From: Takakia lepidozioides
Taxonomy: Eukaryota; Plantae; Bryophyta
Direction of reading: 5' to 3'
Length of the DNA stretch: 64,000 nucleotides
NCBI GenBank assembly: GCA_030704615.1
Contig: CM060734.1
Coordinates: 60,884,001 to 60,948,000 of the forward strand
The stretch's first letter is position 1; every line of letters starts with the position of its first letter. Both the position numbers and the translations under genes were made by a program. The notes under the pieces were generated by a model. That model ran no database searches, was not told the origin of the DNA, and saw only the letters and a list, made by a program, of their open reading frames with translations. Of the stretch, positions 61,301 through 64,000 are shown one piece after another.

Positions 61301-64000
61301 GGCCCCCCAGAGGAGTCCGTGGATGAGACCTCCTTAAAGGACACAGCATTTGAAGGTGGAGATGCTGGTGGCTCGCAGGGGCAGGCTGGGCCCAAACCTC
61401 CAACGGAACTAGTTTTTGAGTTGCAGGTGAGAGCTTTATAAACTTAAAAACTTCTTTTTAAGGAGCTGATTCTTGTTTGTATGGCCTGGAAGGACTGGCC
61501 GATCATATTCATACCCTTCAAAGCTGATATCATTACATAAGAAACCATATGTGGGAACATGTTTGGAGAAACCAACATATGAATTTCATTTTGTGATTGC
61601 AGGGGTTTTGGTCTTCCAAAAAGTAGGACAGACAACTGGCTAATGATTGTGATTAGATGAATTGCCTAAATTGTGTCTAATTTGAGAACCTTAGAAGGAA
61701 TTACTGAAATAAAAGCTTTGATTGCAGTTTGTATTGTTTCTCAGGTGCAATAATCATGCATATATGATGTTACTGCTCAATAGTGAAGGGCGATGGAGGT
61801 GGGATCATCTGTGGAAATCGGTATAGACTGGAAGAATGACAGATTTAGGAAGAAGTGGTACTTGAAAAGAAAAGACAAGTTCTCAGTCTGGTACTGGTCT
61901 GTGCAGGCTATTGCTCCAGAGCTTACTTTCTATGACAGCCTCAAACGACCATCTGAACCGCTCCTTCTTCCTGAGAGGCTGCTCCATGCAACCATGAATG
62001 TATTTTCCAGGTGAGAAACTCAGGAAGTTCTTCAACTAGTTGTGCAAATCATTTCAGTGCACCGTGAATCGCATATCTTGTATGCACTAACATGGATGTG
62101 CAACCTGCTTAAGTTCAATTTACAACTGGGGTAGCAGGTTGATTCAATGCCTTTTATCATAGTTACTGTCTGATGCACTTTCTTGCCCACATCCTGTTTG
62201 GCGTTAAATCTTATGGACACTCTTATCTCCTCAGTGTAGCTGCAAATCTATATTTCTATTTGACGTGGAAAAGCTGAAATTGCACTCCAGATTCCTATGG
62301 ATGTCAGAATGATGGCGTGAAACCGCGTGGGTCCTTGCAGATTCTGTTTGAGGGGAGATGACATGGAGTTGAATGCAAATTTAAATGGCTTCACTGTTGA
62401 ATCCAGCAGTGGTGTAAGAGTCGTGGAACCTTTTGATGCAACTGTGAAGTTCTCCAGTGTATCAGGAATACAAAACATCCATGTCGGTATGACAGAAATT
62501 TACAGCAATTTCTCCTTCAGTGTCTTACAGCTCATGCTGCGGCTTCAGGATGATATTATGTCATTCATGCGTATCACCTCAGAACAGACCACAGTGGAAT
62601 GCTCTGAGTTTGACAGGATCTGGGCCAATGACAGTAAGTCCTCCCTACTAATTTCCCTGCAAGTACATAGCACAAGTGAATAAATTTCTTTTTTTGTTGA
62701 ACGGTATTTTCTGATTGTGTTCTCTTCATGAAGATGCATGTTAGGCCTGAGTCAATTGATGTATGTGCCACAGGACTGGACGTAAACTCAGGAGGGCATA
62801 ACATTGCTTTCTGGCGACCTCGACCTCCTCCTGGTTTTGCCGTTCTTGGAGATTGTTTCACTCTTGTGTAAGTTCCATCTGGTCGTCAGCTGAATTTTAT
62901 GTAAATACAGAAAGCAGACGATGAGGTGGTAGAGCTACAAGTGTTGAGGCTCACAAGTCACCTGTTCCTTCTCACTATCAGCCTCTGCTTTGTGCAACTT
63001 TGTGTCTCAGACGGTGTAAGCTTACAAGGTCTAATATTTTGGTGTTTGGTCTCACACTTTGGACAACCAGGGATGAACCTCCATCAAAAGGTGTTATCGC
63101 ACTAAACATGGGTTTGGCACGAGTGAAGAGACCTGTGGATTTCAAGCTTGTTTGGTCGTCTTCCAAACTCTCCTCTGCTCACCGCAGCAACCAGGCTAAT
63201 GGAACTGGCAATGGAGACGACAGAGTAGATGAAGGAGCAAATGGTCTAAACCAAGCAGAGGAAGATGAAAGCAAATGGCGTGATGAAGATCCACAGGAGT
63301 GCTGTGTGTGGTTGCCAGTGCCACCCCCAGGTTATGTTGCACTTGGTTGTGTAGCTTCGAGAGGGCAGGATCCTCCCCTCCAGAGTACATCGTTGTGTGT
63401 TTTGGCTGTCCTTGTAACGTCTTGCAACATGAAGGACTGCATATACATCTCAGGCCAGCAATGGTGGGTTTCTGTTTGTGATCTCAATTGTAACTAAGGG
63501 AGTGGGAGTCTGTCATTTTTGGTTTCCAAGTGTCGAGTGAGATCAGGTCCCACTCAGACCTTCCAACATGGCGTATGTGCTAGTCAACCTCATCATAGTA
63601 TTCTTCATGCAATGTGTTTTAGAAAATTGCAGGCAACAGCTTCAATATCTTAAGGACATGTACTTGTCGGGACTTTATTTTCTTCTCACCCACTGTTGAT
63701 TGCTTAATAGATATTGTAGATAAACTGGAAATCATCTTCGAATCAACTCCGTGGAACTATGTTGATCCCCGGTCACTTGTGTGCACTACCCTCTATGTGC
63801 TTCTAAACTGCTTATATTGTCAGTCGCAATCACAACAGATGTTTGGAGTTTCAGAGCTCTCCATCATTCTTGAAATTGAGGCTAAGTTACATGTTGCTCT
63901 GCAATCTTCAGGGCAAGCAATTTTGTCTTGGCTTGCAGTTTAGGGATCGTCATTTTATGGCAAATTTGTGTTTTCAGTGACGGGAGCTCGGATTTTGAGA
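34400..64000 (+). CDS. VPS13: VPS13 bridge-like lipid transfer protein (VPS13M type with PH and Vps62-like regions), 5' part; continues beyond the window
   Basis: Chorein N-terminus MLEEHVAYYLEKYLGNYVKGLSKEALKISVWQG..LKPEALNALKLP..VPW. Phase-consistent exons: 34400-34496, 35365-35468, 35693-35827, 36015-36071, 36315-36412, 36672-36789, 37098-37199, 37859-38062, 38275-38435, 39815-39985, 40466-40555, 40887-41211, 41702-41806, 41945-42040, 42278-42345, 43445-43568, 44646-45149, 48701-48907, 49042-49151, 49541-49637, 50481-50579, 51132-51308, 52095-52169, 52439-53005, 53130-53501, 54175-54303, 54821-54934, 55174-55358, 55836-55944, 57901-58044, 58769-59143, 59981-60219, 60579-61005, 61217-61426, 61907-62010, 62341-62633, 62774-62867, 63071-63463, possibly 63978 onward. 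Also LDLDIAAPKITIP, FWRPRPPPGFAVLGDC and CVWLPVPPPGYVALGCV motifs. Confidence 0.93.
39053..39478 (+). mobile_element. Fragment of a different LINE (post-RT region) in VPS13 intron 9
   Basis: VIRPALEYGSAIW..LESIQ..L..TANVAVRGEFGIPSLSSRRD is typical of the non-LTR RT thumb/C-terminal region; interrupted by a stop. Confidence 0.7.
43706..44476 (+). mobile_element. 5'-truncated copy of the RTEX-like LINE in VPS13 intron 16
   Basis: Closely matches the reverse complement of 23109-23870 and ends cggacgttataaagcac(cattt)n. Confidence 0.9.
45230..48550 (+). mobile_element. Cluster of nested and tandem 5'-truncated RTEX-like LINE copies filling VPS13 intron 17
   Basis: Young copy 45951-46654, older copies ~46815-47880 and ~47900-48550, and short 3'-end pieces at ~45230-45360, ~45460, ~45650 and ~46670-46765. 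All are in the sense orientation. Confidence 0.9.
56125..57040 (+). mobile_element. Head-to-tail array of LINE 3' ends in VPS13 intron 29
   Basis: About seven occurrences of ggac(g/a)t(t/c)a(t/c)aaag(c/t)accatttc at ~56290, 56358, 56438, 56607, 56684, 56916 and 57008, separated by 3' UTR pieces of variable length. Confidence 0.9.
57191..57758. mobile_element. hAT-type MITE (568 bp)
   Basis: 17-bp TIRs CAGTTTTGGTCTGATAT / ATACCAGACCAACACTG (15/17 match). Many subterminal CTGGTAT/ATACCAG motifs. Degenerate 8-bp TSD GGTAGGAT / GTAGGGAT. Confidence 0.75.
59690..59935 (+). mobile_element. Old LINE 3' fragment (related subfamily) in VPS13 intron 31
   Basis: gaggatcag..tgcctggcagc..gtcccagaagctctttgagctttctgtggacatt..(catttc)n. 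Similar antisense remnants lie at ~38670-38745 and ~50045-50160. Confidence 0.7.

Overview
Eukaryotic, non-seed land-plant DNA. A bryophyte-like source is inferred from the MTPSL gene, PLS-PPR fragment, half-tRNA-primed copia and GCM/MULE-type transposase. Left to right: (1) a decayed GCM/MULE-like transposase (- strand) inside a segment that ends in a CACTA-type terminus with ACCACT subterminal repeats; (2) a ~600-bp tandem repeat; (3) an intact, intronless microbial-type terpene synthase (MTPSL); (4) a PPR pseudogene fragment, an internally deleted copia with a tRNA-derived SINE in its 3' LTR, and a small Helitron; (5) a head-to-tail duplication of a DUF674 gene, where copy 1 is split by a copia and a full-length RTEX-like LINE inserted 27 bp apart and copy 2 is intact with a solo LTR 80 bp upstream; (6) the 5' part (38+ exons) of a VPS13M-type gene running off the right edge, with introns loaded with 3' fragments of the same LINE family and a hAT MITE. 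The most unusual signals are the LINE whose 5' end starts with a copy of its own 3' end and which piles up in its own tails (with a partner SINE), and the CACTA-ended element carrying a MULE/GCM-type transposase. All alignments, splice calls and family assignments were made by eye; no database search was run.
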